Below are positions 25,481 through 39,316 of a stretch of DNA of 64,000 bases, one piece after another. The notes under the pieces were generated by a model, which saw only the letters and a list, made by a program, of their open reading frames with translations, ran no database searches and was not told where the DNA came from. Source of the DNA: Eledone cirrhosa (Eukaryota); contig OZ024740.1 of NCBI GenBank assembly GCA_964016885.1, forward strand, positions 91,822,001 through 91,886,000. Reading direction: 5' to 3'. Position 1 is the stretch's first letter, and each line of letters opens with the position of its first letter. A program made the translations under genes and the position numbers.

Positions 25481-28400
25481 TACGCACATGGGAAGATACG
25501 CACATGGTGGATAGGGTATTATGGAATCGCTCCCGTAAGTGCTTGACTTTTTACATATTTAAAACAATTGTGTTAGAATAATTCTTATTACAAATGAAAC
25601 GTAAGATATCAGTCTTCACTCCAGGAAGTGGCAACGCATCGCATTACGGCATAGGGCTCCAATATTTAATATTTAATTTAATATTTAATTTTGTACCAGA
25701 AATGTGATAGTCCGAAAAGGAAATGGCTAGAAAACATCAGCCAAATACAAACCAGCACCATCCCTATAGTACTGCTGTCCCATCACCACCGTCACCACTG
25801 CATCATCGCTACCGCCACTATTAAGAGAGGGGTGGTGGTGCCGCTACACATGAATAGAAGCGAGGAAGGTATCAAAAGATATAAATAGACTGGGTTAGTG
25901 ACTCGGTCAAACAGCTAACAACAACAATAACAACACCAAAATAATGATGTTTTTGTATCTCTAACTCTCTCAAAATGTTTAGTTTAAACGATGACAAATC
26001 TAAACTATAATATAATAATAATAATTGCGTCTGCTTTTGGCACGGGACCAGCAATTGGCCCGGTGTGTTGCAGGTGCTTTGCAGTGTCGACCCCGTAAGG
26101 ATGAAAGGAAAACAAAAATTATAAAAAAAATTATAGTCGAAAAATGATAGAACAGAACAGACAGAAGCAAATTTCAAAAGTTTTGAACACATTTCCCTAC
26201 TTCCCTTAGCAGCATCAGCATCAACAAAAATAGTAACCGATGTTACTGGCCTTGTAAAACGAAAACCGCAAAGGAGAAAACAAACAAAAAAAAAGTAGTC
26301 AGGCACTCAAACATTAATATGAAACTTATGTTTATTTTCGTTTTTTTAGGTTTTTATCTATTTGTTTGTTTGTTTATTTATGTTCGTCTACAGCGTGATG
26401 GTGCCACGCTAAAATCACCGGGGGTGATGAAATCACTGGGAGTGATGAAATCACCAGTAGTTATGTAACCAAACATTCACCAATCCTCGATATGAGTGCT
26501 TAAATATCGAACCTAAATAGTTCGAATAACGGTGAAGTGGAGACTGGAATGTGAGGTGACAGACTCTCACGAAGCAGGTGCTCCCTGGACCATCAGCAGG
26601 GACTTGGCTGTTATCCAGATACTGCTGGTGTTGGAGGAAGAGGGAGAAGCAAAGGGACCAGAACCAACTGGACGAAAGAATTGAATAGAAATGTTATGCA
26701 ATGTTACCTGAAGAGTAACCCCAAGGAAAGAGGCGAAAGGACACGGATGCATAACATCTGGAACGAGATTGGTCTATTAAATTAGATGAACAAAAATTGG
26801 CAGGGCAGGCTCGGGTAATAAGAACTAATGGGTGGATAAGCGAGCTGGAACTGGAGGAGCTGAGCAGAGAGATTAGGTTGGAAATGGAGAGTGGAGTATG
26901 CCAGGCAAACGAGCCAGTGGGAAATGAAGGTGAGAGATTGATAGAACGGAGGAACAATGAGAAACAGACAATGATCTGCATGCTGAAATAAATAATACCT
27001 GGTACAAAGATACGTCCATTGAGGAAATGAATGCTGACGAGCTAGGCCAAGATATGGTTGATAACATAAACTTAGTGGTAGATGAAATGAACAATGATAT
27101 CGGGAAATCTATGTACCAAAGATTTGTAGACAGGAAACAAGTTAAAATAAACAAGTTAAGGTAAATAAAGTCATCCCATACCTTGAGGCGAGGAGTATTC
27201 ACCAGTGCAACAATATCCTCAAAGCAGCTCCAAATGCGGTGAGGAAATTACTTGGCATAAAAGCGAGAGGAAATAACAAACAAGAAAGATCAGAACCTTG
27301 GTGGAAGAAACGACTGAATGGTCAAATCAGGGAAATGAGAAATGAGATTGGAAAGCTTGAGTCCCTACTGAATGGGACATTAAAAATCATAGATGCTAAA
27401 AATAGACTGAAAATAAAGTACAAAACTAGGATGAAAAAGCTAAATATTATCATAGAGGAACTGAAGCAACGCAAAGAGTGAAAAAATTGGGCGATACGAG
27501 AGCGGACTCAGTCAGTATAGACAGAACCGCATGTTTGACAACAACCAGAAGATGTTGTTTGGACAGCTTGAAGGGAAAGAAAGAGGCAACGACTTGATCC
27601 CTGAGTCGGATCAAACTAATACATTCTGGAGAGGAATATGGGAGCAGGATTTTAATCATAATGATCACTCAGTGTGAATTGAGACAGTACAAAATGAGAT
27701 TAGTGAACAGGTACACTAACAAACTGATTTGAGTATCACAGTTGAAACTCTTAAGGGGCAGGCCAAAAAGCTAGCCAACTGGAACTCACCAGGCCCAGAT
27801 GCTGTGCAGGGGTATAGGATTAAAAATATAACATCCCTCCACCCGAAACTGACAACCATGTTCAATGACTGCTTGATGTCAGGTGAGGTACCAGAGTTGT
27901 GGACAAAAGGTACCACAGTTCTAATAATGAAACACCGAATCAAGGGTAATGATGTTACCAACTATAGACCTATCACATGTTTGTCCTTAATGTGGAAACT
28001 GTTAACACACATTGTTTCTGAGTTAATCTACCATCATCTGCACACAAACAACCTGTTACCGGACGAACAGAAAGGATGCCGAAAGATGTCCCGTGGTACA
28101 AAGGACCAGTTACTTATTGATAAGATGGTAATGAGGAATTGCAAGATGGTAATGGTCTTGTCATGGGTTGGATAGACTACAAAAAGGCATATGACATGGT
28201 GCCTCATTCTTGGTTCACCAAAAGCCTAGAGATGTTCAAGGTGGCAAATAACATCAGACAGTTGTTGAGCAAAAGTATGAAATCCTGGAAAACAGAGTTA
28301 ACATCGGCTGGAGAATCCTTGGGAGGCGTGAAGATCAAGAGAGATATCTTCCAGGGAGATAGTCTGTCCCCTATGTTGTTTCACCTTGCCCTGGTGCCCC

Positions 28401-29952
28401 TGACCATTATACTGCGAAAAGTGAGAGCAGGATACAAGTTGGGAAAGGGAGAGCTTACCATCAATCACCTCCTCGTCATGGACGATCTTAAGCTCTTCGG
28501 GAAGAGTGAGAAGGAGTTGGATGTGCTTGTTGACACTGTCCGTATTTTCAGCAATGATATATGTATGCAATTCTGTATTGGTATGTGTGGAGTCCTTGTG
28601 ATGAAGTGGGTAAATTGAGCAGACACAACGGAATCCAGGTACCAACAGGTGAGATGATAAAGGAAATTGACACCGGAGAAGGATATAAATATTTAGATTT
28701 TCTGGAGGCTGATGACATCAAGAACAAACAAAATGAAGGAATTGTTAAGATCTGAATACATTCGGAGAGTAAGGAGCGTATTAAAATCACATTTGAACTG
28801 TAGGAATGCCATAAGTGCAGTAAATTCCCGAGCTGTGTCTATTATTAGGTACAGTGCGGGAATTCTGAGATGGAATTTTGCTGAACAAAAATAAATGGAT
28901 AGGAATACTAGGAAGCTATTGACTATCTACAACATGTTCCACTAAAGGGGTGATGTCGATAGACTCTACTTAAGGTGATCTGAATGTGGAAGATGTCTTA
29001 TCAGCATAGAGGACTGTGTTCAGATGGAGAAAAAGAACCTACACAAATACGTGACCGATAGTAGGAAGCCAATGCTCATAATTGTACTGAAGGAGAGGAC
29101 AATAGACCAGGGGATGTCCAAGGAGGAAATAACAAGGAGAAAGTGAAACCTTCATGAACAATCCTTTCATATTACCTTCTGTGAGAAAACTGAATTCAGA
29201 GATCCACAGACATGGAACTGGTTGAAAAGAGGACACTTTACAAAGGCCACAGAAGGAATGCTAATAGCTGCGCAAGAGCAGGCCCTCAAAACGAAGTGGC
29301 TGAAAGGCCACATTTACAAGGAGGAGGCTAGCCCACTGTTTAAACATTGTATCCGAGTGTAAACACCTAGCCCAGACTCACTATAAGGGCTGCAGATATG
29401 ATGTGATGGGCAGCGTGATCCACTGGCACCTATGCAAAGTAAACAATTTACCACATTCTGATAAGTGGTATGAGCATAAGCCAGAGTCGGTGATAGAAAA
29501 CGATCAGGTGAAGGTGCTGTGGGATTTTAGGATACAGACGGACAAGAAACTGGAACACAATAGACATGACCTAGTGGTTTTGGACAAGGAAAAAAGATTG
29601 TGCCTGATTGTGGATGTAGCCTGCCCATTCGACATAAGTGCAAGAGAAGGAGAGGGAAAAAATTAACCGATACCAGGACTTAAAGTGGGAGGTAAAAAGG
29701 ATTTTGAACTGCCATGAAATGAAAGTGGTCCCGATTGCCATAGGCGCACTAGGTACTATCTCAAAGAGTTTCCAAGGATGGTTAAAGAAAATTGGTGCCG
29801 CCCCGCTTTTTGGAACACTTCAAAAGGCATGCTTGCTGGGAACAGCAAGAACCTCCGATACGTCCTGAATATCTGAGGCTGCAGGTAATGGTTTGATTTT
29901 CATTTCAACAAACTTTTCAGTTAAATAACATCAATGACTGAAACTCAAAGAA
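25481..29952 (+). mobile_element. Near full-length, decayed R4/Dong-clade RLE non-LTR retrotransposon (Dong-1)
   Basis: PWWKKRL, NWNSPGPD, YRPITCL, EQKGC, WIDYKKAYD, FQGDSLSP, VMDDLK; C-terminal restriction-like endonuclease LWDFRIQTD..HNRHDLV..IVDVACP..EK..RY; (AAT)n at both ends. Confidence 0.9.
26011..26108 (-). mobile_element. SINE 3' fragment inside the Dong-1 5' region
   Basis: TCTGCTTTTGGCAC..CCAGCAATT..GTCGACCCCGTAAGGATGAAAGG with an (AAT)n tail. Confidence 0.7.
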
Positions 29953-29967
29953 CAATAATAATAATAA

Positions 29968-30155
29968 TTGGTTCTACTTTTTGGCATAAGGCCAGCAATT
30001 ACCCAGTGCATTACTGGTACTTTATTTTATCGACCCCTTAAGGATGAAAGGCAAAGTCAAACACAGTGGGATTTGAAGTCAGATCGTTAAGGGACGTAAC
30101 TATTCTGGAAAGCATGGCATCCGACCTTCTACAGATACTGCCAATCTACCGACTC
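29968..30155 (-). mobile_element. SINE, near full length
   Basis: Reverse complement of the 49821-50004 copy, including the A- and B-box regions. Confidence 0.85.
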
Positions 30156-30189
30156 AAATAAAAATAATAATAATAATAATATTAATAAT

Positions 30190-30772
30190 AATGTTTTCTT
30201 TATTAACCACAATGGTTTACATAAAGTAGACATTAAGGACAGTACAGGACAATAAAGGACGGTACAAATGAGCATTTCTGCGTGTAAAAAACAGAGGATG
30301 TAATAAAATAACAAAGAAAAATTCCCCAATAAGGGGGGAGACTTCCGAGGGACATTTGTGGAGAAAGCCCATTAAAAGACCACAGTGACCCTGACCACCA
30401 GGGCAAGTGCCCTCTCCCAGTTTTCCACCTTTAATTTACAGACACATACTCAGAGAAGGCCCATTGATTCGGGCCATACTTGCTTCTCTCACACCATCTT
30501 TCAACAAAATGCTGGGAAGAGAGCACCTCCCTCTCTACCCTGATTTTCCTCTTCAAATGAACTTTGAAAAAGTCAGCAATTTTTGGACACTGGACGAGTG
30601 CGTGCAGGACCGTTTCGTCGCCCTGCGCGCATCTCGGACATGCCCGGCTGAAGGCACCTCCATGCCTGTAGAGTTTATCCCGAACTGGCAAAGCAACCCG
30701 GTAGCACTGCCAGGCCAGGGATTTCTGGAAGTTGTCCATAGGCCCCGGCCCGAAAGTCCTTCCGAAGAGATT
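30190..30772 (-). mobile_element. 5'-truncated, internally deleted Tx1 3' end (Tx1-3a)
   Basis: LFGRTFGPGPMDNFQKSLAWQCYR..CPRC..; 3' UTR matches 30790-31040 and 53845-54110. Confidence 0.9.
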
Positions 30773-30789
30773 TAATAATAAAAATAGTA

Positions 30790-33700
30790 ATGCATTCTTT
30801 ATTAACAACAAGGGTCTACATAAAGTAGACATTTATGACAGTACAGCACAATACAGGACGGTGCAAATGGGCATTTCTGCGTGTAAAAAACCAAAACAGA
30901 GGATGTAACCTAAAAATAACAATGAAAAATTCCCCAATACTGGGGAGAATTCCGAGGGACATTCGTGGACAAAGCCCATTAAAAAGCCAGTGGCCCTGAC
31001 CACCAGGGCAAGTGCCCTCTCCCAGTTTTCCACCTTTAATTTACAGACACATACTCAGAGTATGCCCATTCACTCTGGCAATTCTTGCCTCTCTCAGCCA
31101 TCTTTCAACAAAATGCTGGGAAGAGAGCACTTCCCTCTCTACCCTGATTTTCCTTTTCAAATGAAATTTGAAAAATTAATCAAGGCATCACCGAAGAGGT
31201 AACTGCTCGTCTTCAGCCCTTTCAAACGTATCCACCATACTATCTCTTTCGCCATGGCCACCAGACAGATAAAAATTGCCTGCTCTTCCCGGCTAAAGGA
31301 TGAGGGCGGGGCAATACTCACGATGGACTCAGCTGATAGCTGGATCCGTCCTACACGCGACAGCAGGTGTTCAACATAAACCCACAAGTTAGCAATGCTC
31401 GGACACTGGACGAGTTCGTGCAGGACGTTTTCGTCGGCCTGCGCGTTCTCTGACATGCCCGGTTGAAGGCACCTCCATACCTGTAGAGTGTATCCCGAAA
31501 TGGCAAAGCTACTTGGTAGCACTGCCTGGTCAGGGATTTCTGGAAGTTGTCCAAAGGCCCAGGCCCGAAAGTTCTTCCGAAGTGATTGGCTAGTTGATTT
31601 TCGTCGAAGCCTAGAGAATGTCCCTTCCTCAAAGAGTGAAAGAGCAAACGCTCCAGCGCAGTCAGACGGTAGTAGATGACGGACGCGATGTACGCGTTAT
31701 CCCCCCGCTTGACCTTTCAGGGATAGTTTCCTCTCCGCCCATTTCTGGGTGAGAGAGGCCACCCTGCTCCTTACCTCGTCCCAGTTTGTGTCTGTCTGGA
31801 GGTCTGGGGGTCCGGACCAAACCAGACCCCTAGCAATTTAACCGGTCCGTCGGTCCAGCATCCGACAACGTTGTTGGACAGCATGCACCTGCCTCTCCAG
31901 GTGCCGAGCTGCAGGCCAACTGACTTTTCCTGGTTGATCATTGATCCTTTCACCGCTTTGTATTCCCTTAGTGTAGTGCCGATCGGCTCTATGTGTTTGG
32001 CGTTCGACACCACTACGGTGATATCGTCCGCATATGCTGACACGGATCCTCCGCCCCCTAGTTCGTGCGGGACCCCCTCAACGTCTCCAGTTTGTGCAGT
32101 AATGGCTCGAGAGTCAATATGTACAAGAGGGACGTGACGGGAAATCATTGTCGGACCGAGCACGTGAGATTGAACGGTTTCCAAAGGTGACCGTTCACTC
32201 TCCCCACAGAGCAGATGTCGCTGCGCATGGCAGTGATCCAGTGTATGAAGACGGGCGCAAAGCTAGCCGTCCTCAGGACTGCCGCTAGGTAACGATAATC
32301 GACCCTATCGAAAGCTTTCGACTGATCTAAATTGATCAATGACCCACCCGTGCCAGGTTCCCTAGCTACCATCTCACGATGTATCGCATGAGGTGGAGGT
32401 TGTCCTAGATGGTTCTGTCGGGAATGTCGCATGTCTGCGCCTCTCCCACAAGACTACCAACGACAAACGGCAACCTCTTTGCGAGCACCTTGGCCAAAAT
32501 CTTGAACTTTGTGTTTAGCAGAGTTATGAACCTAAAATGATCTATGTTATCCCCCTTTTTCGGATAATTTCTCAACAGCGCCACCGCTCCTCGTCTCACA
32601 GAGCTGGGAATTCTCCCGTTTTGTTGCCAGTTGCAGTAGACCTCCGCCAAGAGGCATCTGAACAAGTGAGGCATCTGTACGTAAAGTTCATTGGGCAGTC
32701 CATCCAAACCAGGCGATTTACCCCTTGTGCAGCCAGTCATTGCCTCCCTTACTTCAGCCGCTTATCGCCTTTACGCAAGACTCCGTGTCAGTGGCCGAGA
32801 GCCGCGGTAGTCCGTCAAAGTAGACACTAAAGTCCATCCTTCCATCCGGCCCACCGCTGTCCCAGAACAGCTGCGCGAAGTGTCGCTGAAAAGCTTCACA
32901 CATTTGCCAGGGGTCGAGTAAAATCATCCCCGTCGTGATCCACCAAAGACCGGATCATGGCTTTGTTGCCACGACGCGCATCCGCCACTCTGGCCCATTG
33001 AACGGCTTTCGTCCCCTCGTGTTGAGAGAACACACCCTAGCTCCGAAAACGCAGCCTTCGTCCTTTGTATTGAAGAATTGGTCAAGGGCCAATTTCGCCG
33101 CAAGTACGTCGGTCGCGATGCCTTTGCTAAGCGCCTCGTCTTATTTTCTAACTAGTTCTCCCTCTGCTGTATTTTTCTCTATTGCTAAAGCCTTACTAAA
33201 CCTAATAGCCTAATAGACTCTATTCTAATCGCTCTTTTTAGAGCAAACCACCACTTGTTGTTGACGATGGCCCGCGTCAATGCCCACTTAACTAGTTCTC
33301 TAATCCAGTCTCGTATAGATCTTGCGCGCTGGTAAGGGCGCGTTTAGCTTCCAGTAGCCGGGTCATTTTCTGTGAAGCCTATCGAAGTCAACCACACAGC
33401 CACGAATTTGTGGTCCGTGTAGCTGACTATCTTGAATTGTGGACAGCCTATGCTATACCTATCTATATCACTACAATATACTCTATCTAGATATGACGGA
33501 AGATCCGATGCGGTTTGACCAATTCCACATTGGCACATTTGGGAAATCCAATCGGTACTTGTCAGACAGTTTAAAACGCCTGATGAGGTTGGTGAGGCCT
33601 TTGCACCCTCCTCTCCTATCCGCTAATCCCACACAGTCCCAGCGTGCATCTAAGATCCCGTTCCAGTCGCCCACTAACACCAAAGAGCGCGAGTTCCAAG

Positions 33701-35560
33701 GAAGGTCTCCAGACGCCGGAAGAAATTAGGCCACCCTGCTCCTGTTGGGACAAAGACGGCCACAAGCCTGAAAGCTTGCCCACCTCCGCTGGTCACGTCC
33801 AGCATCACCAACTTACCCTCTTGGTCCAGGAAGATGGCCCGTATGGCGAGATCCAAACCTATCCGAAAATGCACAGCAACTCCTACCCTCGATCCAGGAC
33901 GGCTGGGATATGCGTACATATCGTAGCCGCCGAAGATCGGTGCGAAGGCCAGTACTTCGGAGATTCTTGTCTCGCTGATGGCCACTACATCTATGTTTAG
34001 TGACCTGAGGTCGCTGAGCAGGGGGCCCTGCTTCCATGACGACTCCAAGCCACGCGCATTTATGCTGCCTATTCTGAGTGAGGTCATGTTGAAAAGGAGT
34101 GGAAAAGATCGGAAAGACCACTTACCTTACTCTGCATAGAGGACGGATGGTTTCTCCATCCTTTTCACTGATTATGGCCTCCTCCGGAAGGATGTCCTTA
34201 TAAATCCTCCTGGAGACTGCTTGTCAGAAGTCTCCGATGTCTTTGGGGAATTTTTTTGTTTTAGTATCGTGTACGTTGACTGTGTAATGCGAGTGATGTG
34301 TATGTGTGGAGGTCGTGTGAATATTTGGGGTGTTGTGTAGTCTTTTTCTGTGATGCTGGGGTTAATGATGGTGATGGTGTTGGTGTTTGTGGTGATGGGG
34401 TTGGTGATGCTGGTGTGGATGGTGGCGTAGCAGTCCTAACCTCTTAGTTTGATAGTTTATTTGTTTCCCCATGTATTTTGTTTTGGAGGGGGAAGGAAGG
34501 AGATTGCTTTCTTTTTTGGCTTATTTTTCTTATTTTCTTTTTTTCTGATACAGTTTCCCACTCCTCGTCGTCATAATCTGTCTCCAGTTGCGATAGGTCG
34601 GGGAGTAGAACATCCTCCACAGGCTTTGGTTTTGGCTGTGGCGTGGTGGAGGCGCTGGTGCTAGTTCTGTCGCGGTGGGTGGTGATGGTGTTGGTTTTGC
34701 TACTGTTGCTGGGGTTGTTGCTGCTACAGTTGCTTCTGTGTTTGCTGCCGTTTCTGCTGCTGGTGGTGTTGATGGTTGACTCAATGGGGTGGGTAAGAGA
34801 GGTGGCCACAACTTTTTAGCCTGAGGGCAGAAAGTCTTTAAGTGGGTTCCTTCACGACAAACGACACACCTAGGCCTTCTACCCTCGACGATTACGGTGA
34901 GGTGGCTGCCGTCATTGAGGTCTATTACATCTGGGATTTCCTCAATGCTTTTTTGGTCCGCTTGGATCAGGAGCTCCATCCCAGATCCGGACCAGTTCTC
35001 CTGCTTTTCTTTGATATTACAATTATTCTGGTGTTGGCCTCGATGCCGGCGAGGATGGCAGCGGTTAGCCAGGGAATTTCGATAGCCGGTGGAATGTGGG
35101 TCACTTTGATATTCACGAGTCTCTGGCCAAAATTGCTTGGGACGAGTGTGAAGTCGTCGCTTCTTAATGGGGCCATGAAGGGCTCTCTGGCATCCTGTGT
35201 TGTTCCAAAGAACACGTCCAGGGCTTCATATTTCTGCCCACGTTTGATGAGGTTTTTTTCCGCCCACACATGTCCCAAAGATTTTGGACTTGGGACTCGG
35301 ATGCCGGTTCCACTCGGGTCGATTTTGTGTTAATCGTCCGATAAGACACGGTGAATAGCCGCCGATGCTCCATTTTATTAGGTGCGGGGGTGAGGCTGAC
35401 CCTGTACCCATCTTTTTTTACCATTCTCTTGGCTTCATTTAATTCCTCCTGAATTAGTTAGCACCCCGAAAACATAATTGTGAATATAATCACTTATTTC
35501 CTAATGTTTGATGAGTGAGTTGGAATTTGGCCGGACTATCGCTAAAAAGCTTTCTCCGAT

Positions 35561-35562
<2 letters not shown>
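30790..35562 (-). mobile_element. Near full-length, decayed Tx1-clade LINE, second family (Tx1-3b)
   Basis: ORF1 with VIVEGRRPRCVVCREGTHLKTFCP CCHC knuckle; ORF2 from 34087 (SINARGL, ISET, GDWN, TDH, DQSKAFD, AYADD); internal deletion near 31617. Confidence 0.92.
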
Positions 35563-35603
<41 letters not shown>

Positions 35604-35606
<3 letters not shown>

Positions 35607-36110
35607 AAATTAAATTAAGGTTGTCATGTCTGAGAGACATGCGCCATATTCAATGCAGAATAAGGTCAAACATTCCAATGAATAGATCTGAGCATTTTAT
35701 ATCAACTAGAAACAGATTGACACATATATACATATAAAATAAACACATGAAACCATCTCAGGTAATAATTTGTAAAGTGTGTAAGCACACATAGAGAGGT
35801 AGATAACTAATTAAAGTTTAACTATAACTTGAAATATATATATTTGTAAATGATTAATCTCCCTTGTATATATTTCTTTAAATAAAAAAAAAATTACCAA
35901 TTAACCAGTAAATCACAGCGGTCAAATCCCGGATGGTCCCCAAAGGAGAAGGTCATTTTAAAAGGTATCTATATTTGAAGTTCTAGTTAAAATGTATTTA
36001 GTTACCCACCTAGCTAAGTGTACTTACACACTTTACAAACTTTTTTCCCTGAGATTGTTTCATGTGTTTATTTTATATATATATGTGTTAATATATTTCA
36101 TGTGTTTATT
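35604..36110. mobile_element. Repeat family C, fold-back form
   Basis: ~35715-35835 is inverted relative to ~35970-36090; starts at (TA)n. Confidence 0.7.
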
Positions 36111-36137
36111 TTATATATATATGTGTTAATATATATA

Positions 36138-36398
36138 TACAGGGTGGGGCAAAATATGTGAAGCAAATAAAATTGTTTTTACTAACAAAACTGCTAACTT
36201 GATTGACCAGCAACATATATGTAATTATACATAAATATCTTTAGAATATAATGTTTAGAGTTTATTTAAATTGACCACCACGTGCAACAGTAACAGCCTT
36301 TACATTTCGATGAACACCTTTCACCGATGCACGCTATGTTTCTGTGGTAATTTCTTTCCAGGCGTTTAGTGAAGATGCCTTTAAATTATCAACTCTCT
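36138..36398 (-). mobile_element. Tc1/mariner transposon 3' end
   Basis: TA-CAGGGTG terminus; minus strand VDNLKASSLNAWKEITTET..VKAVTVARGGQFK* is a typical transposase C-terminus. Confidence 0.75.
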
Positions 36399-36722
36399 TA
36401 TGGACTTTTTAACAGGGATTTTCTTCAAGAATAGACCATACCGAAACGTCCCCAGGGTTTCAATAAGGCGAACAAACCACGTTCCTTTCGATCAGATCCT
36501 AGGAAGATCGTTTCCACACATAACATGTGCGACAATTTGTGTATTGGAGGTGGTTCCATCCGTAGAGAGGTCCACAGATAATCATTGCTAAAATGATTAC
36601 TTGCAGAACAAAACATATGCTCCAGAATATTGTTTATGTAAAATTAGATGAATACTTTTGTCCCTTTTTCCACAAAAATTCAATATTAAATATATATATA
36701 TGTATATATGTATATATATATG

Positions 36723-36763
<41 letters not shown>

Positions 36764-36767
36764 TATA

Positions 36768-37016
36768 CCCAAGAATTCTGTCGAAAATTACGTCTTGTAG
36801 AATTCTTCGCTGATAAAAATAATATGAGTGATGAATCACTAGTAAAGAATAAATCACTTTTCACTCCGCCAAAAGGAAGACATATCTATCTCGACCAATA
36901 CATTGACATCCTGTCTAGATTTCCTCTTAGACATAGTACTAATGTTAGGCCAAACATTAACAAATCAGAAATGTCTGCACTTAAACGTATACAAAATGAT
37001 AAAACAATAATAATTA
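36768..37016 (+). mobile_element. N-terminal fragment of a second Neptune-type PLE ORF
   Basis: EFCRKLRLVEFF..DESLVKNKSLFTPPKGR aligns with EYCRKLRLKEFF..DESLVRNKSNFCPQKGR of the 14045-16324 protein. Confidence 0.85.
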
Positions 37017-37269
37017 ATTCGAAACATATTTGGATTTTAAGGTTTAAACCTGTCTACGGAACAGGTTTGATTTTGAAATTTAAATGTGTCCAAGCACCAC
37101 GGCCATTGCCAATACAATTTGTGTTTGTTGATTTATGATGTATTATCTTAAGTCATGATAGGCAAACTGTAATATTATTATCAGTATATTTCTATCTAGC
37201 TAACTTGGTCATTTACAATACATACATAAATATGAGGATTTGTTTATCAAATATATTGATTTGTGTTAA

Positions 37270-37352
<83 letters not shown>

Positions 37353-38164
37353 CTGTGTTCATTGTACTGTGGCGTTTTATTTGCTTTCTCTGCTTTCTCG
37401 CGACGAGTTGAGGTCTATCAGTCCTATCCCAACACAAACATTATATGAACGAAGATATGTGTTTCTCCGCTACCAGCCTCCTATTGTCCGCAGTAATCTC
37501 ATTATTTCGTCTAAACTACAGTTAGTTGAGATCTGAAGCGCATTATTTAATGTCTGTGACCTTTTCAATTTCATACTTTCTTTTACCTTCTTCTATCTTC
37601 TCTTCCTGCAAGTCGAGTCAACTCACATCTAACCGCTGTTCTCTGTCCTTCGAGGCAATAGTATACCCAACGCCGCTTCCATACGCCGAGTTCTCCCATT
37701 TGCCTGAGAATCCTTTTACAATCGCGTCGGAAAACTCTGTTTTAGAGTTAAATTGTTTAAACCTTCAAAAGCTATCTGAGCCATCTAACGCTGACTGATT
37801 TTTGGTTGGGGTGTGTTGTCTTGTCTTCCCTCTTCCTCTGTCCACTGTACAGTCATTGATTATTTCTTTCTCTCCATTCTATCTCACTGCTCTCTATCTT
37901 CTCCCTCTCACTGTCACCTTCTCCCCCCAGCGCACATGCACTCATATACACACATGTAAAGGTTAACTATCAATATAAAGTTGAACATTCAATGCACATA
38001 TATAAATAATAGAAAAGAAATATGGAAAGATCTAACTTATACAGGAGACATGTCCGTGGAATCTGGATACATAAATAGAGACTTTACGAAAGCCACTGAT
38101 GTTATTTCAGCGATCTCCAACAATGACTCACTCACTGAATCATATATATATATATAATTATATA

Positions 38165-39270
38165 TATATCTGTATCCAAAATTAAGATAAATCAAAATGA
38201 ATTTAATCTAAATCAAAATTATGGGTATCATGCCACAAGGCATGCGCCATATCACCCGTAAAATAATCTCCAAGATCTAATGAATAGGTCCGAGCATTTT
38301 ATAACAACTAGAAATTGATTAACATATAAATAAAGATATGAAACAATCACAGGGGATAATTTTTACAAGTGTGTAAGCACACACAGCTGTGTGTATTTTT
38401 AGTAGATACAACACGTGTTACTGGCCAGTCGCTGATTTGAATTTAATGCGTAAACACAGACAGCCGGACTTCTTCCTTGTTGAAAATCCAAGGATCGGCA
38501 TCCGTGGTTTACCATTCGATTAATTGGTGAAATATATTTCTTTGATGGAATATATACAGGGAAGATTAATCATGTTTGAAGTTATAGTTAACTTTATTTA
38601 GTTACCTACCTAGCGGTGTGTGCTTACACACTTGTAAAAAGATTATCCCCTGTGATTGTTTCATATCTTTATTTATATGTTAATCAATTGCTAGTTATTA
38701 TAAAATGCTCGGACCCATTCATTAGAATCTTGGAGCTTATTTTACGGGTGATATGCCGCATGCCTTTGGCATGACACCCATGATTTTGATTTAGATTAAA
38801 TTCATTTTGATTTATCTTAATTTTGGATATAGATATATAAATACCGCTCCTGAATTGTAGAGCTAACTCTGTTGAAAGAACTTGACTGCTGTTTCTAGTT
38901 GTCGATAACCCTATTCACGCCACTGGGACGAAGCTGGTATAATGTGTGTATTTTTAGTAGATACAACACGTGTTACTGGCCAGTCGCTGATTTGAAATTA
39001 ATGCGTAAACACAGACAGCCGGACTTCTTCCTTGTTGAAAATACAAGTATTGGATCCCTGGTTTACCATTCGATTAACTGGTGAAATATATTTCTTCAAT
39101 GGAATATATACAGGGAAGATTAATCATATTATAAGGTATCTATTTTTGAAGTTCTAGTTAACATCATTTAGTTACCTACCTCGCTGCGTGTGCTTACACA
39201 CTTGTAGATATTATCCCCTGTGATTGTTACATATTTTTATTTATATGTTAATCAATTTCTAGTTGTTATA
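38165..39270. mobile_element. Repeat family C, inverted arm plus partial tandem
   Basis: 38165-38388 is inverted relative to 38612-38836; 38389-38700 is directly repeated at 38943-39270. Confidence 0.85.
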
Positions 39271-39272
39271 TA

Positions 39273-39313
<41 letters not shown>

Positions 39314-39316
<3 letters not shown>

